Positions 49,330 to 63,622 are shown, numbered from the stretch's first letter. The stretch: DNA of 64,000 bases from Camelus ferus (GCF_009834535.1 NC_045696.1:42038001-42102000), one strand, 5' to 3'. Numbers and translations: made by a program. Notes: generated by a model not told the origin, from the letters alone.

Positions 49330-50660
49330 TTGAATTGAGTTATAATTGACAAAACATTATTTAAGTTTAAGGCATCCAGTGTGTTGATTTGATACATTTA
49401 TATATTGCAATATGATTAGCACTGTAGCTTTAGCTAACACCTCTATTATGTCACATAATTACCATTTCTTTTTTGTGGTGAGAGCATTTAAGACCTGGTT
49501 TCTTAGCAGTTTTGAAGTATATAATTCAGTCTTGTTGACTGTCATTACTGTGCTGTGCGTTAGATCTACAGAATTTTTTTACCTTCGAGTTGCAAGTTTG
49601 TGTCCTTAAACATCTCCCAAGTCCCTCCACCTTCCAGCCCCTGATAACCACCATTTTGTAGTCTGTTTCTATGAGTTTGGCTTTTTTAGATTCTACATGT
49701 AAGTGATATCGTACAATATTTGTCTCTCTGTCTGGCTTATCTAACTTAGTCTAATGCCCTCAAGGTTCATCCATGTTGTGGCAAATGGCAGGATTTCTTT
49801 CTTTTTTATGGTTGAGTAATGTTCCATTATATGTATACACACCACAACTTCTTTATCCTTTCATCTGCTGACAGATGTTTAGGTTGTTTCCGTATCTTGG
49901 CTATTATGAATGATGCCACAATAATCATGAGCGTGCAGGTATCTCTTCCATATTCTGTTTTCATTTCCTTTGGATATATACCCAGAAGTGGGATTGCTGG
50001 ATCATATTATTTTTAATTGTTTGAGCAACCTTTGTACTGTTTTCTTTAGTGGCCAAACCCGTTTAAGTTCCCAGAGTGCAATAGAGTTTCCCCCTTTTCC
50101 ACATCCTTGTTATTGCTTGTCTCAACGACAGCCAATCCAACAGGTTGTGGGAGGAGGTCATGGAAAGTCTGTGACCACCCGTTGACCTGAGAGGTGACCC
50201 AGGCAACTGGGGGCTCCTCCCCACCCCCAGGTCCTTGGAATGTATGTTCCGCCCACTTCTCCCACAGCCAGAGCTGCTTTGAAGGGCGCAGCCTTGAGAA
50301 AGCAGGGTGTTGTTGCAACCATCTGGACAGTAAATGAGATTGAATGAACCCCAGTCAAGACTTGTGTATAAATGTTAAGATTCTCGCCCTGTGGGTGCCC
50401 ACAGCTAGCCTGGTATGTACGTTCCTTTGCTTATTAAACCTGCTGCCTACCCACCTACCCAGCTGGAGGAGCCTGTTTCCTGAGTCTCTCCTTGTCCTCT
50501 GTGTGTGGAGGCCAGTTTGGGAGCCAACACAGACAGGTGTGAGATGATGTCTCCTAGTGGTTTAGATTAGCTTTTCCCTGATGATGAATGATGTTGAGCA
50601 TCTTTTCATGTTCCTGTTGGCCATGTGTATGTCTTTGGAAAAACGTCTGTTCTGTTCCTT
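49330..50660 (-). mobile_element. L1MA-type 3' end interrupted by an LTR, embedded in older L1 sequence (~48750-51335)
   Basis: L1 3' UTR motifs; L1 sequence aacaggt|gtgag resumes at ~50535. Confidence 0.8.
50146..50534 (+). mobile_element. ERV-type solo LTR (~390 bp)
   Basis: Starts TGTGGG; TATAAA at ~50367, ATTAAA at ~50433; flanking duplication of (ac)aggt in host L1. Confidence 0.75.
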
Positions 50661-51350
50661 TGCCTGGGTTGATGCTTAACACTTTAATTTTCATACATCT
50701 TTTCCAATACTGGCTTTTAAGACTACCAGTTTCTCTCTAATTTCTGCCTTAGCTGTATTTCCTCAAGTTTTGTTTGTGGTACTTTTATTATTATTCAGTT
50801 CTAAGTTTTTTCTATTGTCAGATTTAATTTCCTCTTTGACTCTAGAGCTACTTATGAGTTTATTGATTTTAACCATATGGGATTTTTCTAGGTATCTTCA
50901 GTTATCTGTTGGCAGTGTGGACAGGGACTGCACTTTAAGTGAATCCAATATGTTGGTATTTTTGAAACTTGCTTTAAGGATCAGTGTGGGTCAGTCTTTG
51001 TAAGTGTCTTCACACGTGCTTGAAAAGAAACTGTATTCTGCAGTTGGGGATGCATTGTTCTATTATGTATATATCTTAAATCTTAATTATGCTTGTTAAT
51101 TTTCTGATTATGTAATTAAATATCTTCTTTGTTCTTGCTGATTTAAAAAATATTCTTGGTCTATCAAATACAGAAAGATTTGTTAAACTATCCCTGTATG
51201 ATATTGCATTTATCTATTTTTTTTCCTGCTAATTTTTGCTTAAATAGTCTGAGGTGGTGTCAAAAGTTGCATAAACATTTAAAATTATTTCTTATGTATG
51301 GAATGTGCTTTTTGTCATTATGAAGTGACTCTATCTCTAGGAAAACTTTA

Positions 51351-53085
51351 TTTATTTATTTATTTTAACTTTTTTTTAATTGAGTTATAGTCATTTTACA
51401 ATGTTGTGTCAAATTCCAGTGTAGAGCACAATTTTTCAGTTATACCTGAAGATACATAAATTCATTGTCACATTTTTTTTTTTGTTTGCTGTGAGCTAGC
51501 GCAAGATCTTGTATATATTTCCCTGTGCTGTACAGTATAATCTTGTTTATCTATTCTACATTTTGAAATCCCAGTCTGTCCCTTCCCATCCCCTGTGCCT
51601 TGGCAACCACAAGTTTGTATTCTATGTCTATGAGTCTGTTTCTGTTTTGTATTTATGTTTTGTTTTTTTTTTTCATATGGTGAATCTCATATGGTATTTT
51701 TCTTTCTCTTTCTGGCTTACTTCACTTAGAATGACATTCTCCAGGAACATCCATGTTGCTGCAAATGGCATTATGTTGCCATTTTTTATGGCTGAATAGT
51801 ATTCCATTGTATAAATATACCACTTCTTCTTTATCCAGTCATCTGTTGATGGACATTTAGGCTGTTTCCATGTCTTGGCTATTGTAAATAGTGCTGCTAT
51901 GAACATTGGGGTGCAGGTGTCTTTTTGAAGTAGGATTCCTTCTGGATATATGCCAAGGAGTGGGATTCCTGGGTCATATGGTAAGTCTATTTCTAGTCTT
52001 TTGAGGAATCTCCATACTGTTTTCCACAGTGGCTGCACCAAACTGCATTCCCACCAGCAGTGTAGGAGGGTTCCCTTTTCTCCACAGCCTCTCCAGTGTT
52101 TGTCATTTGTGGACTTTTGAATGATGGCCATTCTAACTAGTGTGAGGTGATACCTCATCGTAGTTTTGATCTGCATTTCTCTGATAATTAGTGATATTGA
52201 GCATTTTTTCATGTGCCTATTGATCATTTGTATGTCTTCCTTGGAGAATTGCTTGTTTAGCTGTTCTACCCATTTTTGGATTGGGTTGTTTGTTTTTTTC
52301 TTATTAAGTCATATGAGCTGCTTATATATTCTGGAGATCAAGCCTTTGTCGGTTTCATTTGCAAAAATTTTCTCCCATTCCGTAGGTTATCTTTTTGTTT
52401 TAGTTATGGTTTCCTTTGCTGTGCAGAAGCTTGTAAGTTTAATTAGGCCCCATTTGTTTATTTTTGCTTTTATTTCTATTGCTTGGGTAGACTGCCCTAG
52501 GAGAACATTTTTGAGATGTATGTCAGATAATGTTTTGCCCATGTTTTCTTCTAGAAGGTTTATTGTATCTTGTCTTATGTTTAAGCCTTTGACCCATTTT
52601 GAGTTGATTTTTGTGTATGGTGTCAGGGAGTGTTCTAGCTTCACTGATTTACATGCTGTTGTCCAGTTTTCCCAACACCATTCGCTGAAGAGACTGTCTT
52701 TATTCCATTGTATATTCTTGCCTCCTTTGTCAAAGATTAGCTGACCAAAAGTTTGTGGGTTCATTTCTGGGCTCTCTATTCTGTTCCATTGGTCCATATG
52801 TCTGTTTTTGTACCAATACCATGCTGTCTTGATGACTGTAGCTCTATAGTATTGTCTGAAGTCTGGGAGAGTTATTCCTCCAGCCTCTTTCTTTTCCTTC
52901 AGTAATGCTTTGGCAATTCTAAGTCTTTTGTGGTTCCATATAAATTTTATTATGATTTGTTCTAGTTCTGTGAAATATGTCCTGGGTAGTTTGATAGGGA
53001 TTGCATTAAATCTGTAGATTGCCTTGGGCAGTATGACCATTTTAACAATATTGGTTCTTCCAATCCAGGAGCATGGGATATCATT
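51351..53085 (-). mobile_element. Relatively young 5'-truncated L1 (1.7 kb) with 15-bp TSD
   Basis: tctaggaaaacttta 51336-51350 / tctaggaaagcttta 53086-53100; ORF2 C-terminal peptides 52387-53040 and 51673-52227 including the Cys-rich region ([16 protein letters not shown]). Confidence 0.95.
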
Positions 53086-53774
53086 TCTAGGAAAGCTTTA
53101 TGCCTTTATGAGTTTATTTCATTTGATATTAATATAGTTACATACCTGTATAATTAATGGTGATATTTGGCAGATCCATGCCTGGCCCTGCACACTGCTC
53201 ATCTCCTTTTCCCTTCCCTGATGCTCCCTTATCCCACTGGGTGTGACACTGAACAGCTGGAAGATGACTTTGGGGGCTAATGGGAACAGGAATCCCTGAC
53301 TCTCCACCCTACACCCAGAAGAATCAGGATAGATATCCAAGACGGGTAAAACTGCCCCATATATTCATACAGTGGTGACTACTCAGCTGCAATGTTCTGG
53401 TTCCTTATTTCTGCCCCACTGCGTAAGGACTGGTCTGGAAGGAATCATGGTAGCCCCATGGTGTTGACAGTGCTGTGATCTGGAGTCACATCTGAAGCAC
53501 CAGTGGTTAAGGGGGCCATTGAACCCCAAGGGAGGTCTTGAAGAATGCACAGTGAGATGCCCCGTTCCAGGTAACAAAGCTACATGGAAATTAGAGTTTG
53601 AGTTTTCCTGGCCGTGCTCCAGTGAGAAGATTACTCTTGTAAGGCCTGTTCCCTCATTTCACCTCACATGCACCTACTGAGGCCTTTCCCTACTCTCCAC
53701 TTTCCCTTGTCCTCCTAGATAACACACTCTGCCTCTCTGTTGATGGTGGCATCTTTTATGGAAGGTGACTGGGA

Positions 53775-54364
53775 CAGTTTACGAACACGACTGTAATTTT
53801 TTGACATTCCTCCTATCACTGCCTGTGTCCCCTCCACTGGAACCTGGGTGGGCTTGTGACTGCTCTGACCAGTAGAGCACACTGGAAGTGACGCTCGGTG
53901 ACCTCTGAGGCTGGGTCACAAAAGGCCATGCAGCTTCTTCCTTGTTTGCTGGAATGCTTGTCCTTTGAGCCCTGAGCCATCATGTAAGAATTCTGACTGC
54001 CCTGAGACCGCCAAGCTGGAGAGGCCCAAGCTGGAGAGGCCACACGCAGGCACTCTGGGCAACAGCCTGAGCGACCTTGTCGTTCACCAGCCCCAGGCTA
54101 GGTGCCAGACATGTGGATAAAGAAACTGTGTTGGGAGTGGGTTCTCCTGTCCCTGCTATGCCAGCCGTACCTTTTCAGTCACCTCACAGTCTTTGGCGTC
54201 ATCATAGCTGAAGCCCCAGACATCACTGAGCAGAAACATGCCATCCCTCTGTGTTCTGTTGAAGTTCCTAACCACAAGAATGGGGCAACACAATAGTTTG
54301 TTTGCTGTTTTATGCTGCTCACGATGGTTTAGGGAGGTTTGTTCTGCCAACAGATAACTGAAAT
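53775..54364 (+). mobile_element. MaLR solo LTR (MLT1F/H-like)
   Basis: tgggtgggcttgtgactgctctgaccagtag...gaggctgggtcacaaaagg...agatAACTGAAATA. Confidence 0.8.
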
Positions 54365-56450
54365 AATAATGACAACAAACAGGCAGTTGAAATCTTGCTT
54401 TTCTCGGTCTATCACAAGTTCTGTATTTATTCACAGCCACTTATCTGCAAAGATCAGGAAATCAGGATTATTTGCTTAGATATAGAAATGTGTGCACTTG
54501 ACTTTGACCTGAGCTTGGCTTAGGACCTTTGAAAACCAGCTGCCAGACTGAGCAGAAGCCGCCATTTTAAGGAGTGAAACGTGTCTAGGCTTTCAGTCGG
54601 AAGCTGGACCGGGAAGGAGATGATTGCGCCCCACCAGCTGGTTCATCCTCCATAACTAGATCTCTTCTGTTTGTGGCTCAATGTCTCAGATGATCATCTG
54701 GGGAAATGTGGTATCTCTAACCTAATCCTGCTCTATTCACTTGCTTCTAAGAAACAAACAAAATAGTACTTCAAGTCCTCTTCTGCCTGACATGGACTGT
54801 TTGTTTTTAAACGTGGCTCTGAGGCAGTCTGCATTTTCTCATGAGGACATCCTTAGAGAAGGACAGCCTCCCTGGCTAGCTAAACGTTATTCCTGCCAGA
54901 TTTCAGGTTGTGCCAAAACTTTAGCCTTTTCTTTTTCCATTGAAATACTGGAAAGTATTGTTGTGCTTTGTTGAGAGTGCTGAATGGTGTCTATTTAATG
55001 AGGACTTTAGAACTTTTATTTTATCCTCATTGCTTTATAAACCATAACTTCGCTTTTCATACCTTTCTGGATGAGTTTCCTCTTCTTTATTACCATAACA
55101 CACAGGTACTCAAATCCTTGGCTAAACTCATTGGCAATATTTATTCTACTTCTTTATAGGCAAATAAAGCAGGGTACTGTGGTACAGCTCTCTGAATACT
55201 TGGATCACTTACAGAGTTCAGAAGTGCTGTAAACACTGATAGGGAAAATCCTGGAGGGAATTAACTGAGAGCTGGTAAGGGAAGAAACCTTAACAGTAAA
55301 AAGGCCCATAGAGTCGTTAATCCTCTCTCGGACATGCCCCTTGAGTTTCCTTGAGCTTTTCCACTTTTCTTCTTAGACTATTACAAAAGGCTGCTGCTGC
55401 CTGTCTGTCCTCAGACTCGGCTCCCTACCAGGTGCTTTCCCTGTGGCAGTCATGTTGGTGCCTAAGGACACAGGCTGTGTGTTATTTGTGGCTTTACCTC
55501 CGTTGCTTAGCACAGCGCCTGTTACATAGTTGGTGTACAACGAATGTTTGAATCTATGAATATTGAAAAGTTACATTATTTCTATTCTCTGGTCTATTCA
55601 ATGAACCCATGTTTCCTAAGAATCAGATCTGCTTTCCTTCGCATGAGCCCAGCAGGCGATAGATAGACTCAGGCAGCTGAGAAGTACTCAGTGATTAAAA
55701 CAGGGGTGTGATGGCAGTGACAGGAGCTAAGGGGTAGGTTTAAATAAAAATATCCCAGGAAGACCTGATTGAAATTTATATAAATGTGTGCATATATGTG
55801 TATATGTATACGCACACACACATATGTATACATATATACATACATATATAGGTGAGAAATGAGTTTATTGGAAATAATTTGCACTATACATTATATTTTG
55901 CATTATATCACATGACCTTTTTCTTTTTTTAATTAAAACTTACTATTTGCCTCTAAATACGTCTAAGGTAGAGTTAAAAAATTGCTTCTTATGGATTCAA
56001 AACTCAATCTGTTACATTCACAGATCTCTCATGGTGCTCAAAATTGCATCTAGACTGGTGTTTAACAAAGAAAGTAGCACAAAATATTGAAGTCGTTTTG
56101 CAAATCTGAAGTGACAGGTTCTTTGTTGTAAGAATATATCTACTTACCAAGAGTGGCTTTTCGTCTAGAGGAGACCTGCTTTTTCATCTTCCTCATAACG
56201 AGAATGTGAAGGGGAAGCTTTCTGTGTATGTGCCGTGGCAAAAACATCTGTCTTTAAAAAATCTAGGTGATTACTTACAATTTTTCTGAAAGCCTTTCAA
56301 GCTCAAGGCCTTTCAACACCAAATACTGTATTCTTTACAACAAAGTTAAATTTCTTCTGCCATACACTAACTCAGAATTTTTGATATTTTCATTAACTTG
56401 ACTGATTAAACTTTATGTGAATTAAACTTCGAAAAATAGGGTGAATTTTC

Positions 56451-56858
56451 TTTCCTTTTTTTGTCTTTTTTAAAAAATTGAAGCATAGTTGGTTTATAGT
56501 GTATCAATTTCTGGTGTACAGCACAATGTTTCAGTCATACGTATACATTCATATAGTCCTTTTCATATTTTATCATTATAGGTTACAAGATATTGAATAT
56601 AGTTCCCTATGCTATACAATATAAATTTGTTGTTTATCTATTTTATATATAGTATATAGTATCTGCAAATCTTGAGCTCCCAATTTATCCCTTCCCACCC
56701 CTTTTCCCTGCTGGTAACCATAAATTTATTTTCTATGTCTGTGAGTCTTTTTCTGTTTTGTAAATAAGTTCATTTGTGTCTTTAAAATTTTTCTTTTTAG
56801 TTTCCATGTATAAGTGATATACTGTGGTATTTTTCTTCCTCTTTCTAACTTATAAGAA
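56451..56858 (-). mobile_element. Short L1 3' end with 11-bp TSD
   Basis: ggtgaattttc 56440-56450 / 56859-56869. Confidence 0.85.
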
Positions 56859-57399
56859 GGTGAATTTTCAAAGATAATTTTTCCTCCAGGTATTTGAGAA
56901 CTATTGTATACACATTCAGTGCTTCAGAGTTAAATTTATGGTCTGTATTAAACATGTTACTTTATTAGTGCAAACATTTTTTTTTCAAGAAGCTGTCATT
57001 GAATTTTTTATTTCAAGCTATTATGTTTTTTGATAAAGCTGCCAGAATCTCTGTGTGTAAAAGAAAGTGAAAAGGTGGGATCCCTTATTACTAAAGAGGG
57101 CAGCACTCAGTGAATCTCTGTGGCTTCCAGGGCCCTGAAGGAGCCTGTCCACCAGGGAGCTTTGCTCTTAGGGCAGGTTTAAAGCAGACTTCACGGTGGG
57201 GACTCAGACCTGCAGAGTGGGAGAGAAGGATTGTGGGAAAGTTGCATAGTTTGTAATAAGATCAAAACCTACTTAACTAGAAATCGTTTCTCAGTTGTTT
57301 TTCCTGACAGAAAAGGCAAATACTGAAAAACACAAATTTGAGGCACAAGGCAATACTTGGAGGTTGAAGGAACCTCCCCAGTCTCCATCTTTCACCCTC

Positions 57400-57980
57400 T
57401 ACAGGCCCCTCCCCACTGCTCTCCATGTAACAGCTGGAAAAATCCTTCTAAAAACACCTTAGTCAGATCATGCTACCTCCCTGCTCAGAATGATCCACAA
57501 ATCAGGGCTTTGCATAACATCCGCAAATAAAAGCCAAAAGTCCTTCTGGGTTCTGGCCAAGTCTCAAACTCATCTTATACCACTCTCCCCTTTGAGCTTT
57601 CAGCTTCATTCACCTGGAAGTTTCCTGGTTGCTGCTGGAAAACTCCAACCCCTTTCCACTTGCTGCTCCATCTGTCTGTAACACTGTTCCCCAAAGCATC
57701 CATGTGGCTTGGCTTACTTAGGTCTTTGCTCAAATGCCCCCTTTTTAAGAAGCCTTGTCTAATTCCTGACACCCCCCCCCCACCCCTTTTTAGCACTCAG
57801 TCCTGGCTGGCAGTCTGTTAGGAATATATCTATTGACTGTCTACCCCACTGGAGAGTGAGCTCCTTGAGAGCTGGGACGCTGCCTCTTGGGAGCACTGAT
57901 GTAACCCTTGTGCCTAGAATGGTGTCTGGTATGTACGTCGTGCATAATGAATCTTTGTGGAATGGATGAATGAATGACTA
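57400..57980 (+). mobile_element. L2 3' portion
   Basis: gtcagatcatgctacctccctgctcagaa...gtgagctccttgag...gtgcctagaatggtgtctgg...gaatggatgaatgaatga. Confidence 0.8.
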
Positions 57981-60900
57981 AATACATGAGAGCAATAAAA
58001 ATGAATGGTTTTGGTGGAAGAAAGTCAGGCAAATGGGTTTTTAAATGTTTCTTGAGACAATTTCCTCATTATAGAAGATATTCCTGATAGGTACAGTTGA
58101 TTTATCTAAACTGAACTTTGGGGCAATAAAAGGAGGGGAGGAAGGAGAGAAGGGACAGAATAGAAAGTGGGGAGACAAAAAGGTGGGCTAAAGATTGGGA
58201 TGAGTAGTGGTGTGGCTATCTGTTCACTCTACTCAGGCAGCAGATTCAGTCAAGCCTGAAATAGTCAATATCTTTGGTAGAAATCCATGGAAAGATTGTA
58301 TGGATAATTTTAAGGGTTTCCCTGACCAACACGAAAGATGTGAAACAGATTTTTAAGGGACTTAGTAAGTGAGTGGTGAAGGATTTATTAACATGCTCTA
58401 TGTAGGAACTGAAAAATTAATCAAAAGCCCTAGAGAAACATCAGAAAACTGGTAAGATTACCTTCTGAAGACCTTAAACTCTGTGGAGGACTTAAGGAGT
58501 TTTCAAGGGTAATTTGAATTGCATGAGATTTTCACTTTATGGGCTGAGCAACCTAACCCTGGAGGAGGATGTGACTGTTGTAAAGAGAAGAGGAAAGACC
58601 AGGGTTTAAACTGGGTGTGCACTAAAACCGGTAAGGTTGATAGAAGAAGATGTATCACGATGGAGGTGGTTCTGTGTGTCGCCTATCTTTCTAGCTGATA
58701 GTTATTTAGGAAGAGCCTTGATTTTGACCAAAACCAAACTATCAGTGGTTGTGAAATCCAAGCACTTCTTTCTAGTTTATTGCCACCTCTCCATTACACA
58801 GAGTAACGAGGTTGGACATGGGCTGTCGATTTCCTGGTTGGTCATATAGTTGGTGATTCATTAGGAGTTTCCAGTGTGCACTCCATTAATGAAACATCTC
58901 ATCTTCATGCATGTCAGTGCCACTGGAAATCATCACATGGTTTGCCTGTGATCTGCAGCTGTGCAGCTGGCCTCCGCGAGGATTTTACAATTTCTGACTC
59001 ACTTGTTGGTGCATGCTTCACATAACCATAGCCTGGCAGGCCTGAAGTGGGGATGCGTGTGCAGGACTGTGAGGTAGTGACAATAGGGTGAAGAAGAGGA
59101 GTACGGAGGCTGAGATGATGCAAGGTCACATATAAGATTTGATGTGCTTTGGGATGCACAAGAATATTTTTTGAAAAATTAGTTAAAAGTTGAAGTAAAG
59201 GTGAATTTGTTTCTGCATTACTGAGATATACTTTAGTCTTCCTTTCCTTTTGTGTAATATGGATTTGTTTCAGTGTGTGAGGGTGAGGCTAATGCAATCT
59301 AAAGGAGCTTCTGCGGTGATTGGTTCACATTGACCTGTGTTCTTATCTTGAGAAATCACTGAGGTTTTTTTTCAAGAGGAAGCTGGGAAACAGATGAGCA
59401 ACTACGACAGAACTCATGCTTAGGAAGCATCCTCCGCAAACACAGAATTGTGTTACCGACCTGGGTCTGCTCTTCACTGTAAGGTGTCCTAGCTCATTTA
59501 AAAAATTTTATTTTTAGTTTTTATTTGTGTTGAGAAACTTTCAACATGAAAAGATACAGCCTTGGGTTAACTTATAAAATTCTGAAGGGCATCCAATAAA
59601 GAAAAAATAGTAACACTATTTTTATGAGAATAGTCACTGTGGAAAAATTGTGATCAGATCTCCAATTTCCTCCATTATCTAGGTCGATAAGGAAAATAGT
59701 TCCCCCACTTTATTTCCTCTGTTCCAAATTCATTTTTAGTGATGTGGAGAGTTGCATATTTTATCATTGTAACATAAAGATGAACTATTTTGACAATCAC
59801 CAAATTTAAATATGTAATAAAGAAGTTCAAGTCAAGAAACACACAGTGCAGCATAATGATGGAAAAGACCCAGCCAAGTTTTTAAACATTGGGATTGAAA
59901 TTTCATGGCTTCTGAGGATGACTCACCACTGAGCTGTGTCATGAGTTTCATTTTGAAATAAAGTACACTGTGTGGTTTCATTTGAGGCTTTATGTTGATG
60001 CAAAAAGGAAATGAGCCCATATTGGGAAGTTAGCTTGAAATACAGCTAATGGATGATGCAAAAAGTGTCAGGCTGTTGTTTGGCCATCCTCCCCACCTCT
60101 GTTCAGGCATTATCAGGCTGTTCTACAACCATAGGATACCTGTCTGTCTCCTCCACTTGTCTGTGAACTTGTAAAGGGCAGGCACTGGGTTAAGCAAATA
60201 GAAGATGCTCAGGGAATGGCTGTTGGATGAACAAGTGAATGTCAGCTCTAAGGGAGTGAATTCATCCTCTCAAATCTGCCAGGATAATTGTTGATGAAAA
60301 GACTGTTCATCTGTGCACCCACATACTTGACTTAAACACAGGCTTATTTATAGAAGCTGTTTTACAGGGTTATTTTCACAATTATATTCACATCCTCCAA
60401 CTTGGATGGTCTCTTGAAACCAGCAGGGGAGGAGGGGTGGTGAATATAGGATGTATAGTGGGAACAAAGCAGCAGTGATAAAAAATTGAATAAGATTAAT
60501 TATATTTAAGTTGATTTTAATTTGTTTCAATTTACTTCCACGTATTTTGAAGAGACACAATGTTCTAGACTCTCTTCCAAGTATACTAGACTCTTGTGGT
60601 GAGGAGGGAGGCAGAAATTAGAGTTCTTAGATAAACAAAGAAACTAGAGCAGAAGAAAAAAAATGAAGATAAAAAAATAGAACTGAATTGTGAGGTGGTA
60701 CAATTTAATCTTCAGATGCACAAGCTTTCATATCAGACCAGGACTGAGGCTGGTTCTATCATTTTTAGCTCTGAGAACTTGGAGAAGTTACTTGACTTAA
60801 TCCTCAGTTACTTATTTGCAAATCGGGAATTGAAATAGTAATGGTACACGATAAGGTTATTATGAGGATTAAGCGATATGTTCATGCACAGCACGCACCC

Positions 60901-61479
60901 AACATGAAGTCCTGGATCAATGTCTGTGGGTGCTCGGCGAGTCAGTGTGAGAATGGAAAGGGTGAGGAAAACAGCTCTAAGACTGAGTTTGTTTTAGAGT
61001 TTCTGTTGCTGATCCATATAAAATACAGTGTTCTGCTGAGATGGCATTTGTTTCTTGTAGCCCAATCCAAATCACCAAATAATTGATAGCTTTTGAAAAT
61101 AAACATTGAGACCATTATTTACTTCTCCAAACTTCACTGAAGGAAGTATCTTGAACTTTCCCCTCAAAAGAACGCAGATGAGAGTACAGAGCTGCTTCAT
61201 TTCCAACAACCAGAAGGTTGCCTTCATTGTCCAAATTATAACCACGCAGTCCAGAGAAGGTACTTGTGCTTTTGGGAGAATAACAGTTCTAGATTCTGTA
61301 AAAACTGAAATAAATACTATAGAGAGCAGCTGAAGAAATGGGTGAAGTCTGGTCACTTTTCAAAAGTAAATTTCCATTTTCTGACATACGTAAACATTTC
61401 TCTTTCCTTTGGAATATGAACCCCAAACTTTTGGGGAGCCTCTTTTCGTCTGAATTAGCTATTTGTCTTAGGTTTCATT

Positions 61480-63400
61480 GAGAATGAGACCAGTCCATAC
61501 GAGCTCTCTCAGTAACTCCTGGAGGGTAACCTCTGGTCCCTTTTTCTACCTCCGAAGAAGGTAGCTTGTTCTTTTTCTTGCCAAGAACATTGTCCTTGAT
61601 TCTGTTAGGGCGCACCTCCTCTCGGTTTTGCTCCCTTCTTTCCATACTATCTTACTTCCATCTATCTTTTCCCCTCATGCCCACAAATATGGTCAGGGCC
61701 CTCCCTAGCCTCAAATAACCATCCTCTGGCTCTGTTACAAGAGCAGGCTGCTACTTACCTCTCTTCCGTTCACCACCAAACTTCTAAAAGACTGCTTTCA
61801 CTTCTTACTCATGCATTCACTTCTTAACCCCTTGTAATATGGTTGCCACCTCTGCCCCTCTGTGAAACTACCTTCTGGAAGATCACTGGGTATTTCATAT
61901 GCAACAGATCTAATGAGCATTTTGCAGTCCTCATTCTGTTTGTCCCTTCTGCAGAAACTTCCCTTCTTGGAACTCGCCCCTTCTGTGGTGTCTGTGGTAC
62001 TGTCGTCTGCCAGGTCTTTCACCTTTCTGAGAACGTCTCTTCCGCCTCCTTCACTAGCTGCTTTTTATTCCTCCTTCTGCTCCCTAATGATGTTCTCTTC
62101 TCCGCATTCTTTGCCTCAGGTAACTCCTCATCCCCTCACGCTGATTTACACACGAATACCTTCAGTCTCTCGTCCCTTCATCTCAGAATCTCTCTCCTGA
62201 TGATTCCCAAGCCCAGCAGTTTCTGACTGTTAGAATTTTCTTACTTAGATAATCAGCCAGAATTTCAAACTCAACATATTTTAAACTAAGCTTATTAACT
62301 TATACCGGCTAAACTCCAAACTCTGATTGTTTTTATTTTTTTATTAATGACGCTACTATTAATGAGTCTTCTTTCAAAACTCACTCTTCCTTCCTTCCCC
62401 TTCCTTCCTTCCTTTCTTCCTTTTCCTGTGCTTCATGCCTACTAAATTATGGTACACAGGGTGGGAAAATCATCTGTTTTGGAGTCAGACAAGTCTGGGT
62501 TCAGATCATGGTTTTACTCCTTACTGCCCTTTTGGCCTTGAGCAAATTACTTAAGCTCTAGGGGTCTTGGTATCCTTATCTATAAAAAGGGGGAAAAAAA
62601 TCTCCTACATGGCCAATTGAGAGGATTGGAAGACAGCTGCACACTTTATACTCACTCTTCAATAAATAGTAATCTCATTCTTTTCCCTGGCTCTGGTTCT
62701 CTCAGACACACTTTTCTTTTCCAGTACTTGTCCGGGTACTTCCTGCAGCTCCCCACATGTAGGTGTTCATCACATGCTGTTTTTCCCTTTCTTTTCTTCT
62801 GTTGTTGCCTCCTCTGCTCAGACCTACATTGTTTCTTGTCTGGACAATTTCTGGGGCTCCCACATGGCCCTGGCTCCTGCCTGGGCTTTTGGATTTACCC
62901 CACACACTGCTGGTTGGCTGGCCTTCCTCAGGCTTCCTCAGACAAGGCAACTCCCCTGCTCAGAAACCTTCAATGCTTCATTATTTCCCAGAAAATGAAC
63001 TAGGAAAACATATGGTCCAAGTTATCCTCACCGACTTAAATGTCACAATTCTTTCACATATGGCCTGCATCGTTTAACACGTGCTTACTTTTCTCTTCAG
63101 TTGCCTTTCCTCCTGGGTCTGGAGTGATACGTAGCAAGTCTCTGTCTGCCAGATCTGTTTCTACCACAGTGGTTTCCCTGATCCCCTAAACACTTGAAAC
63201 TTCTCTCTCCTTTGACCCTACAAAGACTTTGCACTTCTCATCCTCAACTTAATCACCATTTTAGTGGTTAGTTGTTTATTTCTTTACACTTTCTCACTCT
63301 TCCCCTCATAAGAACATAGATCTTTGAGACTGTGTCTAATTACTGTACCTATTTTTGAAAATAGCTGATCTAGGGGGCCCTCAATACATTTTGGCTTAAT
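61480..63400 (+). mobile_element. Degenerate L2 fragments with MIR (~62450-62670)
   Basis: Pyrimidine-rich L2 motifs; MIR core ggagtcagacaagtctgggttcagatc...ccttgagcaaattacttaa. Confidence 0.55.
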
Positions 63401-63529
63401 TAAAATAATACAACTTTGATATACAGATCCCCTTGTGAAAGTCTTTTAGACAACAGAACCATTGTTAATGAGAGGAGAAAGAAGTGCCTCGATTTAAAAA
63501 ATGATAATAATAATAAGTAGAATTGTAAA

Positions 63530-63622
63530 GGGGGAGGGTGTAGCTCGGTGGTAGAGTGCATGTTTAGCATGCATGAAGTCCTAGGTTCAATCCCCAGTAC
63601 CTCTATTTAAAAAATAACATTA
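63530..63622 (+). mobile_element. tRNA-Ala-derived SINE (Vic-1-like, camelid)
   Basis: ggggagggtgTAGCTCGGTGGtagagtgcatgtttagcatgcatgaagtcctaGGTTCAATCCccagtacctc with Pol III A/B boxes and A-rich tail. Confidence 0.85.

Noticed and set aside
51673..53040. 184-, 192- and 217-aa ORFs as host genes
   Set aside because: L1 ORF2 C-terminal fragments and their antisense; element is 5'-truncated with premature stops
54011..54040. 15-bp perfect tandem duplication ccaagctggagaggc
   Set aside because: Simple slippage inside an MLT1 LTR
63530..63603. Functional tRNA-Ala gene
   Set aside because: Imperfect stems, A-rich tail, TSD and no oligo-T terminator indicate a SINE
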